Shown here in pieces: positions 38,846 through 51,296 of a DNA stretch of 64,000 nucleotides. The first letter of the stretch is position 1. Each line of letters opens with the position of its first letter. Source of the DNA: Octopus vulgaris (taxonomy: Eukaryota); contig OX597826.1 in the NCBI GenBank assembly GCA_951406725.2, positions 77,376,001-77,440,000 of the forward strand, written 5' to 3'. The position numbers and the translations under genes were made by a program. The notes beneath the pieces were generated by a model. The model ran no database searches. It worked only from the letters and a program-made list of their open reading frames with translations, and was not told the origin of the DNA.

Positions 38846-39175
38846 ATTAATAAATTACTTTGGCGATAAAATTGCTTAAAAAAAGGAAAATAATTTGTTC
38901 AATGCGACCTCTATGAGGGATGATGAATTGTAGGGTGGCCTGCATGCACAAAAAAAGGTTCCCTATCCCTGGCCTAGAGTAATCTTTCGCCGAAACACAT
39001 CTAAGAGTTATATAAATACACTATTATTATTATTAGTATTATTATTATTAGATAATAAATCTTATGGGATATACTCGGTAGCGTACCGGTACAGCAAGTT
39101 CACGTTCACAGTGTTCCTTGGGTATTTGATTAATGAGAAAGACACGGAAGATGGAAGATACGAGAATCTTTATTT

Positions 39176-39276
39176 ATCACTACAATCGTTTCAACCCATC
39201 TAGCTTTGATCCTTCTCAGCTGAGACACTGGACAACAAGGAGTATCCGACGGTGTAGATGTGTCTCTTCAGGTGAT
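39176..39276 (-). ncRNA. Type-I hammerhead ribozyme motif with intact core and long stem II
   Basis: AUCAC-CUGAAGA-GACACAUCUA...UAGAUGGGUU-GAAA-CGAUUG-UA-GUGAU; 5-bp stem I and 9/10 stem II. Confidence 0.72.
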
Positions 39277-39376
39277 TACAAGATGTATCCCGTTAAAATA
39301 ACGTCAGTTCTGCCATATATCCTCTCGGTTTGTGTATATTAGTATATTTATTTTATTATTCAAATATATATATATA

Positions 39377-39589
39377 TCTTTTACATGTTTCAGTCAATAG
39401 ACTGTGGCCATGCTTGGGCACTGCCTTGAAATTTTAGTCGAATGAATCGACCCCAGTACCTATTTTTTAAGCCTGCTACTTATTCTACAGGTCGCTTTTG
39501 CCGAACTGCTATGTTACAAAGACGTAAGCACACCAACACCGGTTGTTAGGTGGTGATGGGGAAACAAACACTGACACACACATTGATGT

Positions 39590-39631
<42 letters not shown>

Positions 39632-39827
39632 CACACACACACACAAACTTCTTTCAATTTTCATCTTTCAAGTCCACTCACAAGTCATTGGTCGACCCAA
39701 GGCAAATGGTAGAAGACGCTTGCCCAAGTTGCCACGCGGTGGGGCTGACCCCGAAACCATGTGGTTCGGAAGCAAGCTTCATTACCACACAGCCGCTCCT
39801 GTGTCTATCCACACAGCCACCCCTGCG

Positions 39828-39830
<3 letters not shown>
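39377..39830 (-). mobile_element. SINE family A copy
   Basis: Homology to 30670; head segment CCACACAGCC duplicated. Confidence 0.85.
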
Positions 39831-39869
<39 letters not shown>

Positions 39870-39872
<3 letters not shown>

Positions 39873-41182
39873 GGTGTCCCAAAATCTGACTTCCCAGTAC
39901 TCATGCATTTTGTGTTCAAGTAGATGTTTATTGATATACAGACAATCCTAAAAAGTTAAACTAAATTCACGAAAATAAATTGTTGTAGAAACGATTGTTT
40001 ATTGTCATTTAGAATTATTTAATGCTCTCTCTCATTCCTGTGCGTTCGCATATGTTCAAACTGTCTTCTTTCATTTTCCAAACAAACCTGATAATATTGC
40101 CAAACATTTCATTTGGAGTTGCAAGACATTGTATTTGAATTTCATTTTTCAAATCATCAATTGTCACTGGTTTTGCAGCGTAAACCTTATCTTTGAGATG
40201 TCCCCACAAAAAAAAAATCCATTGGCGTGAGGTCTGGGGAACGTGCAGGAAATTCAACGCCACCTCTCCTCCCAATCCATTTTTCTTTGGATTTGTTGCA
40301 TCGGGTAAGGCCGTACATCACGATGGTAGTGAGGAGGAGCTCCATCTTGCTGGAAGTAAATCTCCTCGTCCCCCAAACATCTCTTCAATTCGTGGACCGA
40401 CATTTTCCATCAGTAAGTTTAAGTAAACTGGGCCACTGAGAGTTTGGTAAAAAAAAAAAGGTCCAACGATACCCAATGTTGACATCCCACGCCACACTTT
40501 AACACCTGGTAAGTTCAGATGGTGTTCCATATTAAATTGTGGATTTTCACGGGCCCAGTATGTGCAATTATGTTGGTTGACTGAACCATTTAACATGAAA
40601 GTTGCCTCATCGCTCCATAAGATTTTCTCTGGAAACGTTGCATCCTCTGCGAATTTGTTCAGATACCATTCGCAAAATTGAACTTTCCGATCAGGATCAT
40701 CTCCATTGAGGGATTGAATTAATGTTGGAACGTAACTTTTCCAATGAGCTCCTTTCAACATCCGATGAACCTTCGATTTTGCGATTCCTATCTCCCGACT
40801 CGATTGTCTTACGGATTTCTTTGGGGATCGGGAAAGGATTTCCATTAATTGGTTGTGTCTATTGGGGCTGGTAGATGTTTGTGGTCTTCCAGAGTGTTGC
40901 TTACTAACGTTCTAAACAGTTCCGTGTGCTTCAAATTTATCTCTGATCCGAGCAACAGTGTGTCGTGTTGGTGGTGTCTTCTGAAACTGTCTGTTAAATT
41001 GTCTTTGCACTTCCGTGACATTTTCGTGCTTCCAGTAGCACTTTAATATGAACTTTTTTCTTCCTTAAACGTTAGTTGTGCATTTGCCATTATGAAGGGT
41101 TGGTTGCGTCTGAAATAATAAAAAAAACAATACATTAGTAATCGTCTGTGAAAGAATAGGTACATCTTTTTGGGACACCCTG
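39870..41182 (-). mobile_element. Full-length Tc1/mariner-superfamily transposon (DDxD type) with a disrupted transposase
   Basis: Perfect 15-bp TIR CAGGGTGTCCCAAAA with TA flanks; [19 protein letters not shown] and SPDLTPMDF motifs split by frameshifts and a stop. Confidence 0.93.
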
Positions 41183-41212
41183 TATATATATATCTATATA
41201 TATAAATAAGAA

Positions 41213-41395
41213 GCAGCACGGAATTTTGTCAGTGGACAGGTAGCGTCCTCAAAACGACGAAAATATTTTGACAAATTAAGTTGAAATGTTGAAGTGAATC
41301 TAACGGTTTTTGTGCGTGTTTCTAAACGGCTTATAAACACCTTCCTCGCTCCATTTGTTTTTGCCTCAGTACACGATCTCAGATCAGGTCACGTA
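41213..41395. mobile_element. Single-arm copy of the 3082-3360 fold-back family
   Basis: GCAGCACGGAATTTTGTCAGTGGACAGG...GGCTTATAAACACCTTCC; flanked by TA runs. Confidence 0.8.
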
Positions 41396-41740
41396 ATATA
41401 TATATATATATAAACGCAAGCTACGATTGTGAAGGTTCTACTCCCGTGTAAGCGGAAAGGAAGGGAGCTCGCTAGTTAGCAATTTACCTTGAATTGTAAA
41501 TCATTCGGCAACTTATTATCTGTTCTGATGCTTGTTAAGCATTTCCTGTTTCCTACATGGATCCTACATGTGTCTGTATATAACCGTGAAACCTTACACA
41601 AACGATATATATTTAGCACTCATTACAAAACTAATGAATACTTTGTGACAGAGCTTACATTTCACATCTGGCCTGGGCCTATTCTCCAGCTTTTCATTGC
41701 TCTCCCTCTCTCCCTCTCTTCACTCACTCTCTCTCTCTCC

Positions 41741-41809
<69 letters not shown>

Positions 41810-42484
41810 TATGTTTGTATAGGTGCATGTTTATACGTACACATTCGTGAATTGGAAAAAGTGTGTGTGTGTTTATTTACAAATGTTCGTGCGGTAATAT
41901 ACTTCCGGTGTCAATAGATCAGGTGTGTATAAAGTTGTATATAACACTTGTTACCAAGTTGAAGTCAAAACCGACCGCAAACAAAAGAAAAAAATATAGA
42001 AAATATTAAAAAAAAAACAAACAACGAATAAAATCTTAAATACGAATAAACATGACAAAGGTTCCGGTAGTGGAAGGCGGCGGCGGCGGTGCCATGGTGG
42101 TGGTGGTGGTGGTGGTGGTGACGGCGGCGGTGGTGCCATGGTGGCGATGGTGGTGGTGTTGGTGGTGGTGGAGCGGGGGTAGTCTATTAGTTTGCGGACT
42201 CAACAAAAAACACATACACATACAGATACACACATATGTATATATATTCACGTGTGTGTGTGTGTGTATGTGTGTGTGTGTGGAGGGGGTGTAACGTAGG
42301 TAAATCGACAATATAATGCTTCGTTCCACCTGAGTGCTCCCTCTTCATCTTTGTTTGGAATGAAAAAAAAAATCGTTAACAACGAAATACAAAGAAGAGA
42401 CAAAAAATAACTGTCTGCAAAGATAAGATCAAAATCACAAAAAAAAAATACAACACAATACAAAATAATAATAACAATAATAAC

Positions 42485-42525
<41 letters not shown>

Positions 42526-43166
42526 TAATGATAATAACAACAACATATGCATCATGGGTCCTGTGCTCCCTAATCACCCCAACCCCAGTTAAATGCAATC
42601 AAAATACAGAGAGAAGAAAGTAATTTGTAAAAACAATGAACATATGTGATTGTAATTGCTGAGTAAATGATTGGTGAGGGTGGGCAGGGATGGAGGGATA
42701 TACGAACTCATTGATAATGGGGAACCCGCGCACACACATGGACGCACACGCGTATTGTGTATGTATGTATGTTTGTATGTATGTATGTTTGTATGTATGT
42801 ATGTTTGTATGTATGTATGTTTGTATGTATGTATGTATGTAATTGTTAGTGCTTAGATGAGTTTGATCGCCATTTGTCAGCTATTGAAGAGCGTGTCTTC
42901 CAAATAAAAGTAAATTTAGTATAGAAGTGACAACAAAGATACATGCATACATACATATTTACATACATATACACTCGTGCATATAGCGATATGTGTCCTA
43001 AGGGAAAAACGTTTGTCATTTCTACAGGAGATTCGTGTTCGTGTCCAACGGGTGGCTTTCTACTTTCTCTATCAAAAGAGCATTCCTGCTCAACATTTAC
43101 ATGTTCTTCAGGCGTCACCAATGGATAGATGCATAGATAGAAATAAAGACAGACAGTCAAATAGAT

Positions 43167-43239
<73 letters not shown>

Positions 43240-43263
43240 GTGGTATATATGCATGTGTATATC

Positions 43264-43299
<36 letters not shown>

Positions 43300-43587
43300 G
43301 CAATCGCGCGTGTATTGTTGGCGATTTTTCCTCATTTTTCTTTGGGTCTTTCTCTTTCCAATGAAGACCTATGCTCGAAACATTAACAACTCTCTCCTTT
43401 TACCGAGCAAATTAATATATTGCTTGTACATGTCCACACATTCGTTTGTTTTTCTTTTTTCTCTCTCTCTCTGTTTTTTAACTGTTTGTTCTTTGAATTG
43501 AATACACACACACACACACACGTGGTCTGATAAAAAAACGAAGCTAAAGCACGCAGAGCAAAGCTACTTGCTACAGATTTACATTGA

Positions 43588-44302
43588 ACTCTGTTGTGCA
43601 TGCGCATTGAGTTTTAACGTTCTAGCTCACTTTCGCTGTTTGCAGCAGTGTTTGGAAGGAAGGTGTGTAGCGTGTGATCGCCGCATTGACCATGACACAG
43701 AACGTTGTCATGGCGATACCTGCTCAGAGGCTTACGCAAAGTTGTAGAAAGTGTATGGAGAGGAGTGTATGAGCCGCACACATGAGTACGAGTGGTTCAG
43801 ACGTTCCCAAGATGGCCGAAAAAATACCGATAGTGACGAACGTTCTGAGAGACCCGCAACCAGCAGAACTAAGAAAAACATTGCAGATGTTCGTGCATCT
43901 GTGAGAGGAAATCGTCGAATCAGCATCTGTGATTTACCAGAGGATGTGCAGATTAGTTACGGTTCAGTTTAGTCTATTATCACTGAAGATTAGGTCATGA
44001 GACTCGTGTCTGCCAAGTTTGTGCCCAAACTATTTTCAGCTGACCAAAACGACACTCGGCTTTTAGTTGCACGGTATCTCCTTGATTGTGCTGAGAACGA
44101 TGAAAACTTTTTGAAAACTTTGTGTAGATCTGTGAGCAGGTATCGTCGAATTTTTGGCAAAATTTGATGCAGATTCTCTGCTCAACTTTCTCTGTCACGG
44201 TCAATGCAACTATCACACTCTACACACCTTCCTTCCAAGCACTGCTGTAAACAGCGGAAGTGAGTTAGAACGTTAAAACTTAGTGCGCATGCACAACAGA
44301 GT
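43588..44302. mobile_element. Mariner derivative with two inverted 5' ends
   Basis: Plus: YGEECMSRT..EWFRR..DERSERP..SAKFVPK; minus: MTEKVEQRICIKFC; inverted arms of at least 120 bp. Confidence 0.88.
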
Positions 44303-44435
44303 CCAAAGAGATAGTATACATCGTATTTTCGATAAATAGTCTCCCACGCCAAAATAGGCGACTTGTCGCTTCAAGTGTGTATGTGTATGTATGTATGTAT
44401 GTATGTATGTATGTATGTATGTATGTATGTATGTA

Positions 44436-44466
<31 letters not shown>

Positions 44467-44549
44467 ATGTATGTATGTATGTATGTATGTATGTATGTAT
44501 AAGTGTGGCTATATTGAGTACAAACAAAAAGAACACACGAGCGCATATA

Positions 44550-44712
44550 TGACGGGCTTCGTTCAGTTTCCGTATACCAAATCCACTCATGGGTTTGGTC
44601 GGCCCAAGACTATAATAGAAGACAATTGCCTAAGATGCTACGCAGTGGGTCTGAACCCGAACTATGTAGTTAGGAAGCAAGCTCCTTGCCATACAGCCAC
44701 GAACCTGCGCCT
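44550..44712 (-). mobile_element. SINE family A 5' half
   Basis: GACGGGCTTCGTTCAGTTTCCG...CAGCCACGAACCTGCGCC. Confidence 0.8.
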
Positions 44713-44977
44713 TTAAATTACGGACATAAGCCAATAACCTTCGCCTGGCAGGCTTCCGTACAATTCACCAAATACCCAATTACATTCATAAGGTTAAGAC
44801 TGACCGAAAGTTATGATAATAAATATTTTCCCAAGTTTTCATGCAGTGAGATTGAAACCGGCACCGCTCGATTGCAAAGCGACATTCTTAACTATCTATT
44901 ACTAACATTTATAAAAACATCACCATTACAGCAACCTCAGATAAGATGTCATAACTGCAGTTTGATATCATATATAT

Positions 44978-45207
44978 TTCTTTACTACCCACAAGGGGCT
45001 AAACACAGAGGGGACAAACAAGGACAGACAAAGGGATTGAGTCGATTACATCGACCCCAGTGCGTAACTGGTACTTAATTTATCGACTCCGAAAGGATGA
45101 AAGGCAAAGTCGACCTCGGCGGAATTTGAACCCGGAACGTAACGACAGACGAAATACCGCTACGCATTTCGTCCGGCGTGCTAACGACTCTGCCAGCTCG
45201 CCGCCTT
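44978..45207 (-). mobile_element. SINE family B copy
   Basis: Reverse complement of 59212-59443. Confidence 0.9.
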
Positions 45208-45299
45208 GTTCGATATCATATATGTAGGCATGGAAATATATAAGCATGCTTTTGTCCACACACGCACGTAAAATAAATACATTCACACACACACACACA

Positions 45300-45510
45300 T
45301 ATCTTTTATATGCTTGAGCCATTAGACTACGGCCATGCTGGGGCACCGCCTTGAAGAATTTTTAGTCGAATGAATCTGTCCCAATATTTAGTTTTCGTTT
45401 AGAGCCTGGTTCTTATTTTTTCTTTCTTTTGCCGAACTGCTAAGTTACGGGGACATAACTAACCAGCACCGGTTGTAAAGCAGTGTTGGGGCACAAACAC
45501 AGACTCAAAG
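45300..45510 (-). mobile_element. SINE family A 3' half
   Basis: GGCCATGCTGGGGCACCGCC and GCCGAACTGCTAAGTTACGGGGAC. Confidence 0.8.
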
Positions 45511-45579
45511 TCACTGACACACGCATACACACACACACTCACATAAAACACACACGCATATATATATATACATATACAT

Positions 45580-45945
45580 GCAGGAGTGGCTGTGTGGTGA
45601 GAAGCTTGCTTACCAACCACATGGTCCCGGGTTCAATCCCACTGTGTGGCACCTTGAGCAAATGTCTTCTACTGTAACTTCGGGCCGACCAAAGCGTTGT
45701 CAGTGGATTTGGGAGAGGGAAACTGAAAGAAGCCCGTCGTATGTGTGTGTGTGTGTGTGTGTGTTTATTCCTCCACCATCACTTGACAACCGACGTTGAT
45801 ATGTTTACATCCCCGTAACTTCGCGTAAAAGAGACCGATAGAATAAGAACTAGGCTTATAAAGAATAAGCCCTGGGATTGATATCTTCGACTAAAGGCGG
45901 TACTCCAACATGGCCGCAGTCAAATGAATTAATCAAGTAAAAGAA
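45580..45945 (+). mobile_element. SINE family A copy
   Basis: CAGGAGTGGCTGTGTGGTGAG...GGTTCAATCCC...CATGGCCGCAGTCAAATG. Confidence 0.9.
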
Positions 45946-46226
45946 ACAAAAGAAACAAAAGAAATATATAATTTCCGAAATTTACCAAATTCTTCGGTTG
46001 ATGGTGACATATTATCTAAGCGGGTACCAATAGGTACTTCTGCTGATTGTTAATGATGGTTAATGTTCAGCCCTTGATGGAGTGTAGCATCATAATGCAC
46101 TAAAGTTGTGGAAGATACACCTTAATGGCGGCGGAAACGTTACGGAGGCGATAAAAGAAGAACATAAATGACTACATGATAAATTTTTAAAAAATGGATG
46201 TTCTCTATTTAACTGGTTCATTATAT

Positions 46227-46510
46227 ATTCTTTTATTTGTTTCAGTCATTTCACTGCGACCATGCTGGAGCACTGCCATTAATCGAGCATATCGACGCCA
46301 GGACTTGTTCTTTGCAAGTCTAGTACTTATTATATCGGTCTCTTTTGCTGAACACAACAACGTCGACAGGATTCTTTCAGTTTCCGTCAACTGAATCCAC
46401 TCACAAGGCTTTGGTTGACCCGCGGCTAAAGAAGACACTTGCACGCAGCGAGACTGAACCAGGAACCATATGGCTGTGAAAGAAGCTTCTTACCACACAG
46501 CCACACCTAT
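46227..46510 (-). mobile_element. SINE family A copy (internally deleted)
   Basis: Tail and head present, middle shortened. Confidence 0.85.
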
Positions 46511-46529
46511 ACATACATATATACATACA

Positions 46530-46692
46530 TAGGCGTAGGAGTGGCTGTGTTGTAAGTACCTTTCTTACAAACCACATGGTTCCAGGTTCAATCCCACTGC
46601 GTGGCATCTTGGGAAAGTGTCTTCTATTATAGCCTCGGGCCGACCAAACCTTGTGAGTGGATTTGGTAGAGAGAAATTGGACGAAGCCTGTC

Positions 46693-46740
<48 letters not shown>

Positions 46741-46941
46741 GTATACGTTTGTGTGTCTGTGTTTGTCCCCCCTATCGCTTGGCAACCGATGTTGGTGAGT
46801 TTATGTCCCCGTAACCTAGCGGTTCGGCAAAAGAGACCGATAGGCTTACAGAGAATAAGTCCTGGGGTCGATCTGTTTGACTGAAGGCGGTACTCCAGTA
46901 TGGCCGCAGTCAAATGACTGAAACAAATATAAGAATAAAAG
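46530..46941 (+). mobile_element. SINE family A copy, head-to-head with the previous copy
   Basis: AGGCGTAGGAGTGGCTGTGTTGTAAG head; full tail. Confidence 0.9.
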
Positions 46942-47908
46942 AATACATACATACATACACATATAAATGTTTCGTTAATTTGTACAATGTGCATGTATGT
47001 ATGGGTTGGAGAGTAAAAACGATTGGTAGATTGATAGGTTAGTAGAGGGTTGATTGGATAAGGCACAAAATCACACCACAAGGTACACACATTAGAAATT
47101 GAACCACAAAAAAGAACTATGATTTCTCTCCCTCCTCTCCCCTCCACTGCCGCTTTCTCTCCCACTCTTCCTCTCCCCTGCCGTGGAGTGAATAATCGAG
47201 TCACATGTCCTGCTGGAGTAAACTTCAAATTCATCAGTCATTCGGTGAGTGAAAGGTGCGCCGACCACAGAAAAAAAAAAAAATAATAATAACTTAAATA
47301 AAAACATAAAGAAATAAATAAACCCTTCAGTCTCTTTGATACATTTTTTTTTTTTGTTTGTTTATTTAAATTTATTCCATTCGATTTTTATTCATTTATC
47401 TGTGTAACTTGTCACGCCACCCTTGCTCTTTGCTGACAGTGTTTACGATGACAATAAAACTACGTGTCCACCGCAGCAAAGCCTGCTACTTCTTAGAAAA
47501 AGACAAGTTTTAAACACACACACACACGTCATATCACCTTTATATTATTGTTAAATCATATTCTGTTTATCAGTGTTATTACTAATATACCTTTTATTAT
47601 AGTTCTGTATTACTAGCAATGTGTGGTTGGTTGCTGTATTCTTATTGGATGTTTGTTCTCTTTTCATATTTCGTCATTTTCATGAACTCAATAAACCCAA
47701 GATCATAGAATGTGTGTGTGCGCGCGCACGCGCATGTATAGAGATACATACATACATACACGTTATACATATGTGATTCTACATATATGTGTGTATATAT
47801 ATATATATGTATATATGTATATGTATATATATACGTATGTATATGTATGTATATATATATATATGTAGCTGTATATATATCTATCATTTATCTGGATATT
47901 TGTATATG

Positions 47909-47973
<65 letters not shown>

Positions 47974-48329
47974 TTAAATCCTTTAAAATGTTTTAGCCCG
48001 AAGGCCGCCAGAATGAGATAAAATGGTTAGGCAATAGTTAATTTAGATAAGATATGAAATAGGGAGTGAAGTGGAGGAACGAAAATGGATGTGAAATATG
48101 CATGGATATTGCATTTGTAGATCCATTATTTAGGCAGAATGGTATACATATCAGATTCCTATACCTTGTGAGTAAAATCCAATTGTATCTAAAATTGGTC
48201 ATTCCAAGTATAGAGTTTGTGCGCAGTGCTATTGACTCAAGGGTTTTATTTAAAGTGACCTAAAAGAAGGGAATGTATTTGTAAGGTCAAATCGAAAACA
48301 GCAAAACGCCATTCGATGAAAGTCGTATG

Positions 48330-49090
48330 TACGAAGGAGAGGTTAATTTATATTTGCAGAGACGCAGAAAAATCTTCGGACCCATTATAGACTGTTATTT
48401 AACAAGGTTAAAATAACCCCTCCCTCATAAACATGGCCTGCATTGGTTCTTCTCTGATGAGGAAAATTTTGACCGAAATCAAAAGTCTAAAGGAAAAAAT
48501 GAGAGATACTCCGATCCTTCTGATGAACCCAGGACAGACTCTCTCACGCACACACATTAAATTTCTGTCAACTGTGGTGGCTTTAGGGTTGGTGAGGAAC
48601 GAAGGTCATGTCATAACACCTCACATCTTGCTACAGTGCTTTAATGCTGCTTGTTACTTTGAGATGATGGAGAGAGTTGTTAAGTCGGATGAAAATGAAG
48701 TACGCAGTGGAAGGCCATACACGTTTCAACAAGACTTAACCTCTTCTCACAAAACCCACGTGATCCAAGAATGAACATCAGAAAAACTTTACGATCATCT
48801 ACCACCATGCGTTGGGCCTCCAAACTTGCCAGAGTTATTAAATCCTGTGGGCAACTAGCCCTCAATGCTCTGGTCATGATCAAAACGATCAGGAACCATT
48901 TAGTGCAGGCATGTCAACAATTCTGGTCCGACATTGAAGCATTCGTCAAATCTGAAGACGAATTCATAGAAAATTCTTACACGAAAGCTTATCAAATACA
49001 CGTGATCATTTTTGTTTATTTGGATTTTTTTATTATTTTGGTTTTCATTAAAACACATTTCATTTTTGCTAAATTAGAATTACCCGTCAA
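48330..49090 (+). pseudogene. Decayed Tc1/mariner transposase
   Basis: WFFSDEENF, VALGLVRNEGHV and GRPYTFQQD motifs in shifting frames. Confidence 0.75.
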
Positions 49091-49294
49091 ATGTAAATAA
49101 TGTAAATAATGTAGATTACAATTGTTTTTTACTAACATAAGTATGATCTCGAATAAAACTCGTACTCCCATCCTGTCTCTCTCTCTCTTTCATTCTCTTT
49201 CCTATTCACACATGTATACAATCACATCTGCAACTATAAATGCATATATTTGTGTGCGCGCGCATGCGCCCATGCGTCTGTACGTGTACATATA

Positions 49295-49480
49295 TATCGT
49301 TGTCGTCGTCATCAGCTCCTCGTCCTTGTTTCTGAGTATTTCTGTTTTTTTACGTTTGTGCTTCCTCATTGACGAGGTGATCGGGAAATCTTCTGTCGTG
49401 TGGTTCTTATATGTCAGCAATTCCACCATGCAATTGCGGAGCACTCGGATGAGACCCATACGACGGTGAGGGTAACCAAG
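49295..49480 (-). mobile_element. Possible RTE-X LINE 3' remnant
   Basis: I*EPHDRRFPDH resembles WEPxHGxRxxGRP; (GAC/GAT)n tail. Confidence 0.3.
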
Positions 49481-49904
49481 TAACTTTATGACTGTCTACA
49501 TAAATGTGCATAATATGGGGTTGAAAGTCGTTTCAAAATCAGCATGAAGTTCCTGTTCTCTGCAGTTTCTTGTTGCTATCTTATACTGAATATCACGTAA
49601 ACAGCTGTTCTGGACGCACAGAACCCTCACTGAGATTCTTGCAACACTTTCTCCGAGATAAATGGGAAAGGGTCGAGCAGTATTCTGGTGAAGATTTTCT
49701 CTAGGATGCTGGGGTGGAATATTCTGAGGTAGTTCCTACTAATGCTGCAATTTTCTTTCCTAAATATCATTGAGATGAGGACATTTTTTAGAACTATAGA
49801 TACATATATGTGCAAGTATATTTATGCATGTATGTATTTATAGGTGTAGATATGGATATATCTATTTATGTATATGTATATATATATTCATGATCTATTT
49901 TTAG

Positions 49905-50470
49905 AAAAAGAAAACTTAGTTCTTGAACCCCAACTCAAACGAAGCTTACAGAAAGCTGAAAGGGAAAGTGCAGACTGCTCTAAGGAAATTTAAACAGGAG
50001 TCGTGGAATGATAGGGCGAAAGGGGCACAAGAAGCAACTGATAGAAATGACGCTATGGGCTTGTACTCTTATGTTAAGGAGGTATATGGCCCCAAATTTT
50101 CAATAGCTCCAGTGAGAACAACAAATGACCTTTTTGTGTGCACAGTTGGTGACAGACCATGCCTTTCTTTGGCTGGGCTCAAATCTCATTTGCGAACCTA
50201 TAGAAAACGAACCTCCACCAACTATTCTGCCTATATGTCTGTGCACACCCTTCAATGCAATGTATGCCAGAAGGCCTCAAAAGACATTTTAAGATCCACA
50301 AAGATCAGAACTTAACGGCAGCTCTTGGTAGTCCAAATCAGATATGCAATCTGTGTGGGTGTTTTTTCAAAACATTGTCTGGCTTTAAAAGCCACATCAG
50401 ATGCCATGATCATTCTAAGGTGTAGGCACAGGAGGTGATCAAACTCTGCATAAAGAGTAGATAACTACTC
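49905..50470 (+). mobile_element. Internally deleted RTE (BovB-like) LINE with C-terminal C2H2 fingers
   Basis: YSYVKEVYGP linker segment joined to CTVGDRPCLSLAGLKSHLR, CNVCQK and CNLCGCFFKTLSGFKSHIRCH. Confidence 0.7.
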
Positions 50471-51250
50471 GGAGTTTTATCATGGCTACCGAATAATTGT
50501 CACATATTACATTTACAGATAAATTCCTCTATTTACATAATATCGAGGTCTCTTTTATTATTTTGTTGTCTTACCATTTCTATCAATATATATATGTATA
50601 TTGTTGATGCCGTGATAATTTAAAAACATACGTGAGAACTTGGAATATTTCTTCTTCGGAATTGGATATCAAAGCACATATAAAGCTACAGATAATGGCA
50701 TGTAAATACAGGCTTGAAAAAGTCGGCCGATGCCTTCGACTTGTACCAATTTTATTTTTTAATCCAAATTGTACATGCTATTACTTATAGCATTTATGTA
50801 CTTCGAAATCCAAGAAAGAATTATGTACATTAATCCATATATGCTAATAATCCAATCTGTGTCCTCATGAAGTACGTCTGCATGTTCCAGGACATCAAAG
50901 TATATTTGTCAATGTTATATTTCATTCGAAGTTTTCTTTCCTCAGTCGAGTTTCAGATTATCTTTGCAATTTCGGCTGGTTACACACACACATAAGTGTA
51001 GGCAGGTTTGGTCGAACTAAGTCAAGAAAAAAAGCTCAACACATGAGTATATTAAATAATTTTTATTTGTTAATTGGCAGAAAATCGTAAGTATGAGAAA
51101 AGGGCCTAGAGTTTCGTGCAAAACATTTTATCAAACACCAAACTGTTGGCTGTTGAGTTACTTTTCTAACTTTCTCCCGATTAAAAATAAAAACATGTCT
51201 AAATGTTTGTGAGTATTGAGTATGAATATATATAAATATGTATGTAAGTG

Positions 51251-51296
<46 letters not shown>

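Larger units (their letters stand above)
35263..38971 (+). mobile_element. hAT (Charlie/SPIN, GTF2IRD2-like) DNA transposon, internally deleted, with nested SINE and RTE
   Basis: TIRs CAGAGAGGGGAACC / GGTTCCCTATCCCTG; 8-bp TSD GTCCAGAG versus GCCTAGAG; EENRIFNEEWE, CLFC..FNVQQHY, LQMEFIE, CESTF, EHLEDQL motifs. Confidence 0.85.

Noticed and set aside
43030-43128. Acceptor TTTCTACAG followed by CSCPTGGFLLSLSKEHSC, resembling an EGF-repeat tail
   Set aside because: Spacing is off, the frame stops without a clear donor and no partner exons are visible
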